Shown here one piece after another: positions 19,830 through 28,476 of a stretch of 64,000 nucleotides of DNA. The notes under the pieces were generated by a model. That model did not search any database, was not told the origin of the DNA, and worked only from the letters and a program-made list of their open reading frames with translations. The stretch is taken from positions 3,497 to 67,496 of the forward strand of contig JBAXMJ010000003.1 of the NCBI GenBank assembly GCA_037134355.1. Reading direction: 5' to 3'. A program made the position numbers and the translations under genes. Each line of letters begins with the position of its first letter. Positions within the stretch are counted from its first letter, which is position 1. This DNA is from a bacterium (lineage in GTDB: Bacteria > Verrucomicrobiota > Kiritimatiellia > CAIKKV01 > CAITUY01).

Positions 19830-20811
19830 AACCGCTCAAGACACGAAGACCTAGAAGAATGTCTGTGGCCCGTCGCAGGGCGGCATCCTGATCCACCCGC
19901 TGCATCAACTCCCGATCCCGCTCCGATTTAACGCTGAGCGGCCGGGCCGGTGAATTCGTTGTAGACAGCATGACATTCCCGGAGTCCACGCCACGCCCCA
20001 CTTCCACATCGGGCCGGATTCCACGTCCTTCATACGAAACGGCGTCAAGCAGATGGAGTTTCCGGGTTGTCAGAGTGATTACCTGACCGTCAGGAAGAGT
20101 CAACGCCTCCCGAAAGCGACCCTCCCCGGAGGTGGTCGAACCTATCAGCATAATCCCGGGACGCCCGTGCCACACGGCAACAAGCGCCTCCGCCGCCAAC
20201 CGGGTTCGGTCATCAATAAGCACCATCAGCGGCATGTTAAGGGAAAACCCCGCTTCAACCCTGTTTGTCGAAATCGGCTTGTCCTGATTGTCGGTTACAA
20301 TAAACAAAGATTCCCCTGAACGACGTCCAATCCCCGCCAGATGCGTGACTGAATCTAGATCCTGCCCCCCCGCTCCCCGGAAATCCAGAATGATCCCGGC
20401 CTTGCTGTCCAACGCCCTGACATGGTCCAGAATCTCAATCCCGCTCCCCTTGAGCAATCCCTCGATCTTCAGGTAGGCAATATCCTCAGGCCACAGTTCA
20501 ACTGCCGCAACCGCGGGCTTCCCCGGAATCTCTTTGCCTGCTTCGGGGACTGTTTTGTCCACCCCGATAAATGCGCCTGGGTCAATCGACCTGAGAATGC
20601 CCTCAATCCCGCCGCGCACGGCCTGCGACCGGTCAACCAGGACACCCCGTGTTTCCAGGCAGGATAGAATGTCATCAAGGCTGACCGTGGCAAAACAGGA
20701 ACAGTCTGAGGTAATTAAAAAAAGGAAACTCAGGCAAAAAATGGCGCCCGGCCCCTCAGGCCTTTTTTGATTTTTTCGCAATTTCATTCTGGATCCTGTC
20801 ATTCCCCACAT
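19816..20811 (-). CDS. S41 (C-terminal processing peptidase) family homologue, probably catalytically inactive
   Basis: Aligns to the Prc/CtpA core ...VLVDR-SASASE...TFGKG. Here the corresponding residues read VLIDDRTRLAAE...TSGEG, so the Ser and Lys positions of the catalytic dyad are not conserved. N-terminal hydrophobic segment. Confidence 0.5.
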   Translation of the reverse strand: MWGMTGSRMKLRKNQKRPEGPGAIFCLSFLFLITSDCSCFATVSLDDILSCLETRGVLVDRSQAVRGGIEGILRSIDPGAFIGVDKTVPEAGKEIPGKPAVAAVELWPEDIAYLKIEGLLKGSGIEILDHVRALDSKAGIILDFRGAGGQDLDSVTHLAGIGRRSGESLFIVTDNQDKPISTNRVEAGFSLNMPLMVLIDDRTRLAAEALVAVWHGRPGIMLIGSTTSGEGRFREALTLPDGQVITLTTRKLHLLDAVSYEGRGIRPDVEVGRGVDSGNVMLSTTNSPARPLSVKSERDRELMQRVDQDAALRRATDILLGLRVLSGYGQR

Positions 20812-21319
20812 TCACCTTGTCAATCAAGGTCTGCTTGTGGATCACCAGTTGACGCGCCAGATCCGGCTGGCTCAGAGCCAGTATCTGAACGGCAAGGAGA
20901 GCGGCATTCACGGCACCAGCCTTGCCCACTGCAACCGTGGCAACCGGTACGCCGGCCGGCATCTGCACAGTCGAGAGAAGCGAATCCAGCCCGTTCATAA
21001 ACCCACTCGTCACGGGAATACCAATGACCGGGAGGGAAGTATGTGCACAAATCACGCCCGCCAGATGGGCCGCTCCGCCCGCTGCGGCAATAATAACTTT
21101 CACGCCCTGACCTGATGCCTTTCGTGCAAAGGCCGATGCCAGATCCGGTGTCCGGTGCGCGGACATCACGCGCACCTCGGAAACCACTCCGAAATGTGTC
21201 AATGTCGAAACCGTTTCCTCCAACAGAGGCCAATCTGAATCACTCCCCATCACCACGGCCACTTCCGGCTTTCGTCCTATTTTTTTATTCATTTTTGCCC
21301 CTCCGCCTTCATCATTCAT
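20756..21319 (-). CDS. purE: N5-carboxyaminoimidazole ribonucleotide mutase
   Basis: VAVVMGSDSDWP...VIIAAAGGAAHLAG...PVIGIPV are canonical PurE motifs. Confidence 0.9.
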   Translation of the reverse strand: MNDEGGGAKMNKKIGRKPEVAVVMGSDSDWPLLEETVSTLTHFGVVSEVRVMSAHRTPDLASAFARKASGQGVKVIIAAAGGAAHLAGVICAHTSLPVIGIPVTSGFMNGLDSLLSTVQMPAGVPVATVAVGKAGAVNAALLAVQILALSQPDLARQLVIHKQTLIDKVNVGNDRIQNEIAKKSKKA

Positions 21320-21332
21320 AATTCATAATTCA

Positions 21333-22604
21333 TCACTTCTTAAGCGCTTTCGCGGCGATATCGCGGCGAAACATGGCGCCATCATAACTGATTTTCCCGA
21401 CAGCCTGATAGGCGCTACCCACGGCCTCCTTCAAAGTCTTTCCCAGCGCGGTCACTCCCAGCACCCGTCCGCCGGACGACAGGACCTTGCCGTCTTCAAG
21501 CCGGGTTCCGGCATGAAATACGACCGCCGCCTTCACCTTCGCCGCCGTCTTGAGCCCCCGGATCTCCTTGCCCTTCTGATAAGCGCTCGGATATCCCCCG
21601 GCGGCCATGACGACACAAACACAAGCCTCAGGCTTGTAACGAATCAACCCCGGGCTGAGCGTTCCGTCAATACAGGCTTCCAGAGCCGGGATCAAGTCGC
21701 CTTCAATTCGCGGCAGAATCACCTGGGTCTCCGGATCCCCGAAACGACAGTTAAATTCCAGAACCTTGGGCCCCGACTTGGTCATCATCAGGCCGGCATA
21801 GAGCACCCCTTTGTAGTGAATTCCCCGGCTCTTCAACTCGGCAAGCGTTCTTCCAAACACCTCCCGCTCGATGACCGGCATCAACTCAGGGGTGAGAATC
21901 GGAGCGGGGGAATAGGCCCCCATACCTCCCGTGTTGGGGCCCTGATCGTTGTCCAACGCCCGCTTATGATCCTGAGCACTGGCCAACAGCACCACGTGAA
22001 CGCCATCGGTCAGAGCCAGTACGGACACTTCCTCGCCCTCGATAAATTCCTCAACAAGAATACGACGCCCGGCATCGCCGAAGGCCCCTTCCACCAGAGA
22101 CTCATGAACCGCCCGTTCGGCCTCCTGCAGAGTGACGCATACTGTGACACCTTTCCCGGCGGCAAGACCCTCAGCCTTGATCACGATCGGAACTCCGATA
22201 TCATGGACAAAGTCCAAAGCCTTCGCGGCATCCGTAAAGGTGCTGGACTGGGCGGTGGACACGCCCGCAGCCACCATGACGTCCTTGGCAAAAACCTTGC
22301 TCCCCTCCATTCGGGCAGCCTCTTTGGAGGGACCGAACACACGCAGGCCTTCCTTTTCCAGGAGATCTGTGAGACCGGCGCAAAGAGGCGCCTCGGGGCC
22401 CACCACGGTCAGATCGGGTCGGTTGGCGCACGCCCAGGCAACGATGCCCCGCACATCCTCAGAGCCGATATCCAAATTCGTAGCCAACGCCGCCGTCCCG
22501 GCATTCCCGGGCGCACAGAAGACCTCCGGCTTGCGGCTGTCATGAACTAACTTCCAAACCAGGGCATGTTCCCGCCCCCCTCCGCCAATCACTAAAACTT
22601 TCAT
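21333..22604 (-). CDS. purD: Phosphoribosylamine--glycine ligase
   Basis: MKVLVIGGGGREHALVWKL N-terminus and an ATP-grasp core. 423 aa. Confidence 0.9.
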   Translation of the reverse strand: MKVLVIGGGGREHALVWKLVHDSRKPEVFCAPGNAGTAALATNLDIGSEDVRGIVAWACANRPDLTVVGPEAPLCAGLTDLLEKEGLRVFGPSKEAARMEGSKVFAKDVMVAAGVSTAQSSTFTDAAKALDFVHDIGVPIVIKAEGLAAGKGVTVCVTLQEAERAVHESLVEGAFGDAGRRILVEEFIEGEEVSVLALTDGVHVVLLASAQDHKRALDNDQGPNTGGMGAYSPAPILTPELMPVIEREVFGRTLAELKSRGIHYKGVLYAGLMMTKSGPKVLEFNCRFGDPETQVILPRIEGDLIPALEACIDGTLSPGLIRYKPEACVCVVMAAGGYPSAYQKGKEIRGLKTAAKVKAAVVFHAGTRLEDGKVLSSGGRVLGVTALGKTLKEAVGSAYQAVGKISYDGAMFRRDIAAKALKK

Positions 22605-22656
22605 AGGGAAAAGAATATAGGATGCGGGTGCGGAGTCAACGGTTTTAGGGAAGCCC

Positions 22657-23532
22657 TCAAAACAATTCGCCCTGATCCGCAGTCTTGATCAGAGAGCGAA
22701 AATCCATCCGGGCATAAAAGGGTCGCATGATGGCTGGCCATTCGGGCTTCACGGAAAGGGTGGCCCACCCAGGACAACATGGCAGATCAACCCGAAGTCT
22801 GACTAGCGCAAGGTTCCTCTCCACACGATCCCGCTGGGCAATCAGGTTAGTACGGATGCGTGTCGAGTGAATCTCACCCACCCGAGACCACATGACATCA
22901 AGGGATCCAAATTGTCCAAGCAATTTTGCCGCAGTCTTGGGCCCCATCCCCTCAACCCCGGAAATATTGTCAACAGCATCCCCCGTCAAGGCCAGCCACT
23001 CGACAATCTGCTCGGGATGGACACCGGTTTTCTCAAAAACCTCAGCCTTCCCAAGCCGTTTATCATCCTTGCCCCAGGAGGCCATTCCGGTTTTCTCAGA
23101 AACCAGCTGGTAAAGATCCTTGTCGCTGGTCACAATGATGACGTCATCAACATTCCTCTCCCCCCAGCACGCCAGTGAGGCGAGAACATCATCGGCTTCC
23201 TGCTGCTCGAGGCGGATCAGGGGAATGCCGGCCAGCTCCAGGAATTCACGAACCGGCTCAACCTGCCGTCTGAGATCATCGGGCATGGGAGGCCGTTGGG
23301 CTTTGTACTCGGGAAGCAGATCCAACCGGGTTTTGGGTGACCCGCCATCCCAGGCCACTGCCCAATGGGAGGGATTCCAGACCTCCAGGAGTTGATGAAT
23401 CCCGCGGATGAAACCAAATACAGCATTCGAGGGTTGTCCTTCATGGGTAGAAAGCGCCCTGATGCCGAAGAAAGACCTGTAAAAGAGTTGAGTCCCGTCA
23501 ACCAACAGTAGTCTTCGGGCGCTCATAGCCAC
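22657..23532 (-). CDS. Standalone 5'-3' exonuclease (Pol I N-terminal domain-like / FEN family)
   Basis: LLLVDGTQLFYRSFFG...NAVFGF and the H3TH region (LTGDAVDNISGVEGMGPKTAAKLL). 291 aa with no polymerase domain. Confidence 0.8.
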   Translation of the reverse strand: MAMSARRLLLVDGTQLFYRSFFGIRALSTHEGQPSNAVFGFIRGIHQLLEVWNPSHWAVAWDGGSPKTRLDLLPEYKAQRPPMPDDLRRQVEPVREFLELAGIPLIRLEQQEADDVLASLACWGERNVDDVIIVTSDKDLYQLVSEKTGMASWGKDDKRLGKAEVFEKTGVHPEQIVEWLALTGDAVDNISGVEGMGPKTAAKLLGQFGSLDVMWSRVGEIHSTRIRTNLIAQRDRVERNLALVRLRVDLPCCPGWATLSVKPEWPAIMRPFYARMDFRSLIKTADQGELF

Positions 23533-23537
23533 ACCCG

Positions 23538-26429
23538 TTATTGACCGGGCGTCATCGCTGCAGGAACGGTCATGCCCCCGCCTAGGGCGGACGGCTTATC
23601 CTTCGCGCCGGGCTTGGCGGTGTCCTGACCCGGCTTCCGGATCAACTGCCCACTCGGATCCACAAGTTTGGCGGTCACGAAAATCAGCAGATTTTTTTTG
23701 ACGCTCTTCTCAGACTTGGAGCGAAACAGAGCGCCCAGAAGGGGAATGTCGCCTAGAATCGGAATCTTGTCGTTCGTCTTTTCCAATGCCTCCGTGATCA
23801 AGCCACCCATGACCACCGTAGCGCCGTCATAGATTGAAATCTTTGTTTCAACCGAACGAACCTGAAAGAAGGGCTGCGGCATGTTCAAGGTCGACTCGGA
23901 GCCGTCGGCGCGACGCACGGTCGAACCGTATTGGTACCAGATCGGCTCCGTGACCACCTGGGGCTTCATGGTCAGATTGATCATGTTTCCATCAGGACTC
24001 ACTTCCGGCATCACATTCAATATGACCCCCACCTCACGGGTCGTGAAATCCTGAGGCGTAACGGTTGTTTCCTGAACGATATTCGCCGCATTGTTTCCAC
24101 CACCGTTCTGACCGATCTGCCCCCCTTGAATCTGAAAGGAGCTCGGGTAGATATACTCGATCACCACCTTGATGGTAGCTTCATTTCCGGATTGAGTCGT
24201 CACCTTCGGAGCAGACAGCAGATCGGCATTCCCGTTTTGTTCCAACGCGTGAAGAATCATGGTAATATCCGGATTGGTCAGCACGCCCGCAATGCTGGCC
24301 AGGGCACCCTGGGATCCCTTGCCTCCCGCGAGCGGGGTTTCCTTTCCATTGGCATCGGCCCCATAAAACCGCAATCCTTTTGTCAGCCCGCCTGCTGTCG
24401 AATTGGCATTCATCTGAACGCGGGGACTGGCGGAAATCGGAGCGAATGGATTCGCGTTATTCTTGACCATCATCTCCCAATTGTCCGTCAGCAACCATTC
24501 CAGACCGGCCTCATACATGTCGGTTTCGTTGATCTCAACGAAGCGAGCCTCAATTTCAACCTGTTTCGGCACCACGTTCAATTCGGAAAGAATTCGTTCG
24601 AAGACAATCAGGTTATCTGCAGTGTTGGCTACAATTACTTTTCCAATGGCAGAATTATACGTAATGGAAGACCCTTTGGGGAAATTAACACCCATGTTCG
24701 AAAAATATCCCTTGAGATCAGACGGCACCGCATCCCCGATCCCCGCGCCCGCATCCAAGGAAACCTTCTCGCGGCCCCCGACGCGACTGACCGTCGGCAT
24801 CGCCGTTCCCGCCTGCTGAACACGTTCAATAAAGGTCGGCTCAACGGGATACATGCGCATTTCCATGGAGTCGGGCGTCCAGTCCAGAGGCACAATCATC
24901 ACGACTTCGCCATCCATGCGCCATTTCAGTCCGGCCACACTGGTGATGATTTTAAGGGCATTATAAAGCGTGATGTACCGCGCCGAGAATGTCACCTCGG
25001 ACCCGCCCGAAGAGCCCGTCTTTTCGGCGGGAGCCCCGAAAACATCATCCCCACCTCCGCCAGCGGCCGGTTTCGGTGCTGCAGCGGCTCCAGAACCAAT
25101 ATTAAGGATAATATTGACGCCCTTCTTGGACTCATCCTCCGTGCTCTTATCACAGTCCCGACTTCGCTTGTTCAGGAAATCCACAACATCATGCATGTTC
25201 GCTTGGCGAAACTCGATTTCGTCAATGACAATTTTCTTCATTTTTTCTTCAAGAAGATTGTTGGGTGTGGTGGTAACCTTCGGATCCGGGGATTCCTTGC
25301 CCTTGACGACTTTGTATTTTGAATTCCAGGCATCGCGAACTTCCGCTGTCATTTTCCGGGCGGTGGCATCACGTTCCGCAGTCTTGTTCCCGTATTCCCG
25401 CTCGCCAAGAACCTTCAGATAACGCATGGCCTCGCGGTTGTCGGGGTCGAGCCCCAGCACGGACTCAAAGCGGGCTCTTGATTCCGCATACTCGCGTTTC
25501 ACCATGAATTCCCGGCCAAGTCTCATATATTTCTCAACATCCATTTCGCCGGGATTCACTTCGGTAACGGCTTCCGGCGCGCTCGCCTCATCCTTATTCT
25601 TCATCGCGTCAAGCAGGGAGGCAAGCCGGGGATTATTGGGACGCTGCTTGAGGAACTCACGCCCCTGCAGGGCGGCTTCACCCTCCTTGCCCTCCTTCAC
25701 CATTTTCCGGATAAGCTGGTATTCACATTCCGGAATCTGCGCGATAGCGCGATTTCGGAGCGACAGGCATTGGGGAACCACCGGCAATTTGGCGAGCGCG
25801 ATCTTATACTGGTCACCCGCTGCGGCGTAATCCCCGTTCTTTAATGCCTTCTCGGCACTGTCCATGGCCATACGTCCATCCAATTCACGGGCTTTGCGCC
25901 GGACGACTTCCTGATCCGCCACCGTGGTCGCAATCTTGACGCGTTCCTCAGTCCCCATGTTTTTGATGGCCGTTTCCAGGGCATTTTTCACGCCCGCATC
26001 AGAAGAAACAGCCGCCTCAGCCACCGGAGCGGAAACAACGGCTTCCGAAGCCGGCTTCGCCGGTACTTCAACAACTGGAGCAGGCGCAACCGGAGCAGGC
26101 GCAACGACAGGAACTGCGGGAGCCGGCTCTTCAACAACCGGAGCGGCGGTAACGGGCGCTGGCGCTGGCGTAAGTTCTTCAACAACCGGAGCGGCGGTAA
26201 CGGGCGCTGGCGCAAGCTCTTCAATGGCCGGAGCGGGTGCCGTGACCTCGGGCTTTTTCTCGGCATCACCCTGAACAGCCGCTGCGGCCCCTGCATCGCC
26301 CGCAGGCTGATTCATCTCCTGAAGCAAAACTTGAGTGCCCGCATCCTGCCCTTGTGAAAAACCCTGGTGCCCCGCCATGGAGCTTATCAGGACAGCAGTG
26401 AAGACGCAGAGTATAGCGTTGATTCTCAT
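23538..26429 (-). CDS. pilQ: Secretin (PilQ/GspD family) with a long Ala/Pro-rich repetitive N-terminal region
   Basis: C-terminal secretin domain (VVMGGLITEALEKTNDKIPILGDIPLLGALFRSKSEKSVKKNLLIFVTAKLV), an N-terminal signal peptide, and 16-aa APAPVTAAPVVEE-type repeats. Confidence 0.85.
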   Translation of the reverse strand: MRINAILCVFTAVLISSMAGHQGFSQGQDAGTQVLLQEMNQPAGDAGAAAAVQGDAEKKPEVTAPAPAIEELAPAPVTAAPVVEELTPAPAPVTAAPVVEEPAPAVPVVAPAPVAPAPVVEVPAKPASEAVVSAPVAEAAVSSDAGVKNALETAIKNMGTEERVKIATTVADQEVVRRKARELDGRMAMDSAEKALKNGDYAAAGDQYKIALAKLPVVPQCLSLRNRAIAQIPECEYQLIRKMVKEGKEGEAALQGREFLKQRPNNPRLASLLDAMKNKDEASAPEAVTEVNPGEMDVEKYMRLGREFMVKREYAESRARFESVLGLDPDNREAMRYLKVLGEREYGNKTAERDATARKMTAEVRDAWNSKYKVVKGKESPDPKVTTTPNNLLEEKMKKIVIDEIEFRQANMHDVVDFLNKRSRDCDKSTEDESKKGVNIILNIGSGAAAAPKPAAGGGGDDVFGAPAEKTGSSGGSEVTFSARYITLYNALKIITSVAGLKWRMDGEVVMIVPLDWTPDSMEMRMYPVEPTFIERVQQAGTAMPTVSRVGGREKVSLDAGAGIGDAVPSDLKGYFSNMGVNFPKGSSITYNSAIGKVIVANTADNLIVFERILSELNVVPKQVEIEARFVEINETDMYEAGLEWLLTDNWEMMVKNNANPFAPISASPRVQMNANSTAGGLTKGLRFYGADANGKETPLAGGKGSQGALASIAGVLTNPDITMILHALEQNGNADLLSAPKVTTQSGNEATIKVVIEYIYPSSFQIQGGQIGQNGGGNNAANIVQETTVTPQDFTTREVGVILNVMPEVSPDGNMINLTMKPQVVTEPIWYQYGSTVRRADGSESTLNMPQPFFQVRSVETKISIYDGATVVMGGLITEALEKTNDKIPILGDIPLLGALFRSKSEKSVKKNLLIFVTAKLVDPSGQLIRKPGQDTAKPGAKDKPSALGGGMTVPAAMTPGQ
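26126..26222. repeat. 48-bp tandem direct repeat inside the secretin gene (encodes the 16-aa Ala/Pro/Val repeat)
   Basis: ttcaacaaccggagcggcggtaacgggcgctggcgc occurs at 26129 and again at 26177. Degenerate copies flank it. Confidence 0.7.
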
Positions 26430-26482
26430 AAAGTTATCTCCTTATATCCAATACAACAAAATGACTGAATCGCCCTAAATTC

Positions 26483-27496
26483 CTATTGCTTCACGGATTG
26501 CGGGTCAGACACTTTGTGCTCAATCCACACATCAAGATTACGGTAAGGGTCGTTTATTAGTACACGGGTACCTTGTGTGTCAACTTTTTTGACCTTATAA
26601 AGAGACCCCTTCAAATCAAAATCGACATCCGGCCGAACCGAAAAAACCGCCTCATCGATCAGTGAAATCAACTTGATCTCATAATCGTCACGGGGCACCA
26701 AACGCCCCTTAATCAACGGAATCTTTTTGCCATTATGTTCCAAGGTGAGCGTGGGGCCCTCCTGCGCATGCTCGTCATAGGAATCGAGCGTGACACCCTC
26801 CGCTTTCTCTCCAAGTTTTTTCCAATAGGTTCGGCCTCCCGAACGAAGATTGATCTGAAAAATCAGGTTGGTACCAGCCTTGCTGACGCCCTTGAAGATC
26901 ATCCGGAAAGGGATGGGCTTGATCTCGGCGACCCGGATTTTGGCGAGATAAGGAGGGTGGCTTTCAATATCCTTGGGATCCGTCTTCCACTCATATTCTT
27001 CCCGCGTAGTAAAGCCGTCGTTGTCGGGATCCGTATTAACGACCTCCCCGTCGAAGGCAAAGACCCCATGCTTCTCCTCCCATTCATCCGGGATACCGTT
27101 ATGGTTCCGGTCAACGATTTCTGTTTTATCGACCGGCTGCGCCCCTCCACACACAATAAATGTGCAGTTGGTCGCGGCATAGGGGATCGGCCGGTCACAG
27201 TTCACGCATTTGACGCGCAGCTCCGGGGTCAACAGAGAGAGGGACCATGCCTCGTTCTGGAAAGGCGCGCCCAGTTCTGTCAGGGCACTACGAAAAATCG
27301 CGCGATCGGGCGGAAGCGCCTTTTCAAAAGCAGGCTTCAACGCCTTCAGCTCCATCCCGAAATTCTTCTCAGCCGTTTTCTGCCCCTGAGCCATGACCGC
27401 GAGAACAATCAACGAGACGAGAAGAACGAGTAAAACAACGGCCGCAATAATCCGGTCGTAGTTCTTTTTAAACCAAGCTCCTATGCCGGTCACCAT
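26483..27496 (-). CDS. Bitopic membrane protein in the PilP/GspC position, with a Cys4 zinc ribbon and Asp-rich Ca-binding-like motifs
   Basis: N-terminal TM (IIAAVVLLVLLVSLIVLAV), CVNCDRPIPYAATNCTFIVCGG (CxxC...CxxxxC), DPDNDGF and NHNGIPDEWE motifs. The stop overlaps the start of the upstream PilO-like gene. The function call is inferred from position. Confidence 0.4.
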   Translation of the reverse strand: MVTGIGAWFKKNYDRIIAAVVLLVLLVSLIVLAVMAQGQKTAEKNFGMELKALKPAFEKALPPDRAIFRSALTELGAPFQNEAWSLSLLTPELRVKCVNCDRPIPYAATNCTFIVCGGAQPVDKTEIVDRNHNGIPDEWEEKHGVFAFDGEVVNTDPDNDGFTTREEYEWKTDPKDIESHPPYLAKIRVAEIKPIPFRMIFKGVSKAGTNLIFQINLRSGGRTYWKKLGEKAEGVTLDSYDEHAQEGPTLTLEHNGKKIPLIKGRLVPRDDYEIKLISLIDEAVFSVRPDVDFDLKGSLYKVKKVDTQGTRVLINDPYRNLDVWIEHKVSDPQSVKQ

Positions 27497-28473
27497 TATT
27501 TGACTCCTCCCGGCTGCTTCTCAGACGCAGTGGCCTGGGGCTTTGCGAACTGAAGCACCTCCACCTCCATTTTAATGGTCAACAGGTTTTCACGCCCGCA
27601 AACAACTCGGTAATCCCTTGTTTTCGGGGCTTCCTTTTCAGTCTCGCCGCCAGCCGTCTCTTTCACTGCCGCCCCTGCGCCATCCTTGCGCTCGAACACT
27701 TTTTCATCACCCTTGATCTCCATGCGGGTCACCACCGTGAAGATCGAACTGTTGGCCAACCCGTTGAGAATCTTCATCAGGCCGCTTTCACGGGCCTTGA
27801 ACTGAACCGAAAAACGCCACCGGCCATAATACTGCCCCTCGGGAACAAGCCCCGCCCCGACATCCACACTGTTCTTTAAATCGAGCTCCCCTGCACGGGC
27901 GGCGGGCGCAACCTTGCCCCCTAAACCCGCGACGGCATCCACCTCAAACTCCTGTCGCGAAAAGGCATCCAGCGAGGCAATATTACCGGCATACAAGGCC
28001 AGACAGAGAGCTTCGACAATCTTGAGTTGCTGGGTCAACCGCGGCACATCCTGAGGCGCAGGAAGATCCCCCTTCATATGACGCCCAAATCCGAAGTCAA
28101 ACCCCTTTGGAACGGCAATGCCCGAAGCGGATGCCTTGGTCAGCAAATTACGCTGTGTATCAAAGAATTGCGTGATGAAACGGGCAGGACTCTGCACCAC
28201 CGGCTCAATCTGCCCTGCTCCCATCGCCGCCTGAAGGTCCACAACCTCCTGCTTGATTGTCTGGATATTCTCCTTTTCCACGCGCAGGTTGGCAACCGAG
28301 GGAAAAGGGTTCTGGCTATACAGAAATTCCAGACGATTCTTGTCCCCCTTTAATACCGCCTCAGCATCTGTAAAGTGAATGAATTTCAACACCACCAACG
28401 CCACGGCTCCAAGGAAAAAGAGACTTATCAGCACCGCCAGCGCAATCACAACCATTTTTCGACGAGATTGCAT
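27496..28473 (-). CDS. PilO/GspM-like inner-membrane assembly protein
   Basis: Single N-terminal TM (VVIALAVLISLFFLGAVALVVL) and a coiled-coil followed by a periplasmic domain. Sits between the PilM-N fusion and the secretin. Confidence 0.55.
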   Translation of the reverse strand: MQSRRKMVVIALAVLISLFFLGAVALVVLKFIHFTDAEAVLKGDKNRLEFLYSQNPFPSVANLRVEKENIQTIKQEVVDLQAAMGAGQIEPVVQSPARFITQFFDTQRNLLTKASASGIAVPKGFDFGFGRHMKGDLPAPQDVPRLTQQLKIVEALCLALYAGNIASLDAFSRQEFEVDAVAGLGGKVAPAARAGELDLKNSVDVGAGLVPEGQYYGRWRFSVQFKARESGLMKILNGLANSSIFTVVTRMEIKGDEKVFERKDGAGAAVKETAGGETEKEAPKTRDYRVVCGRENLLTIKMEVEVLQFAKPQATASEKQPGGVK

Positions 28474-28476
28474 AGG

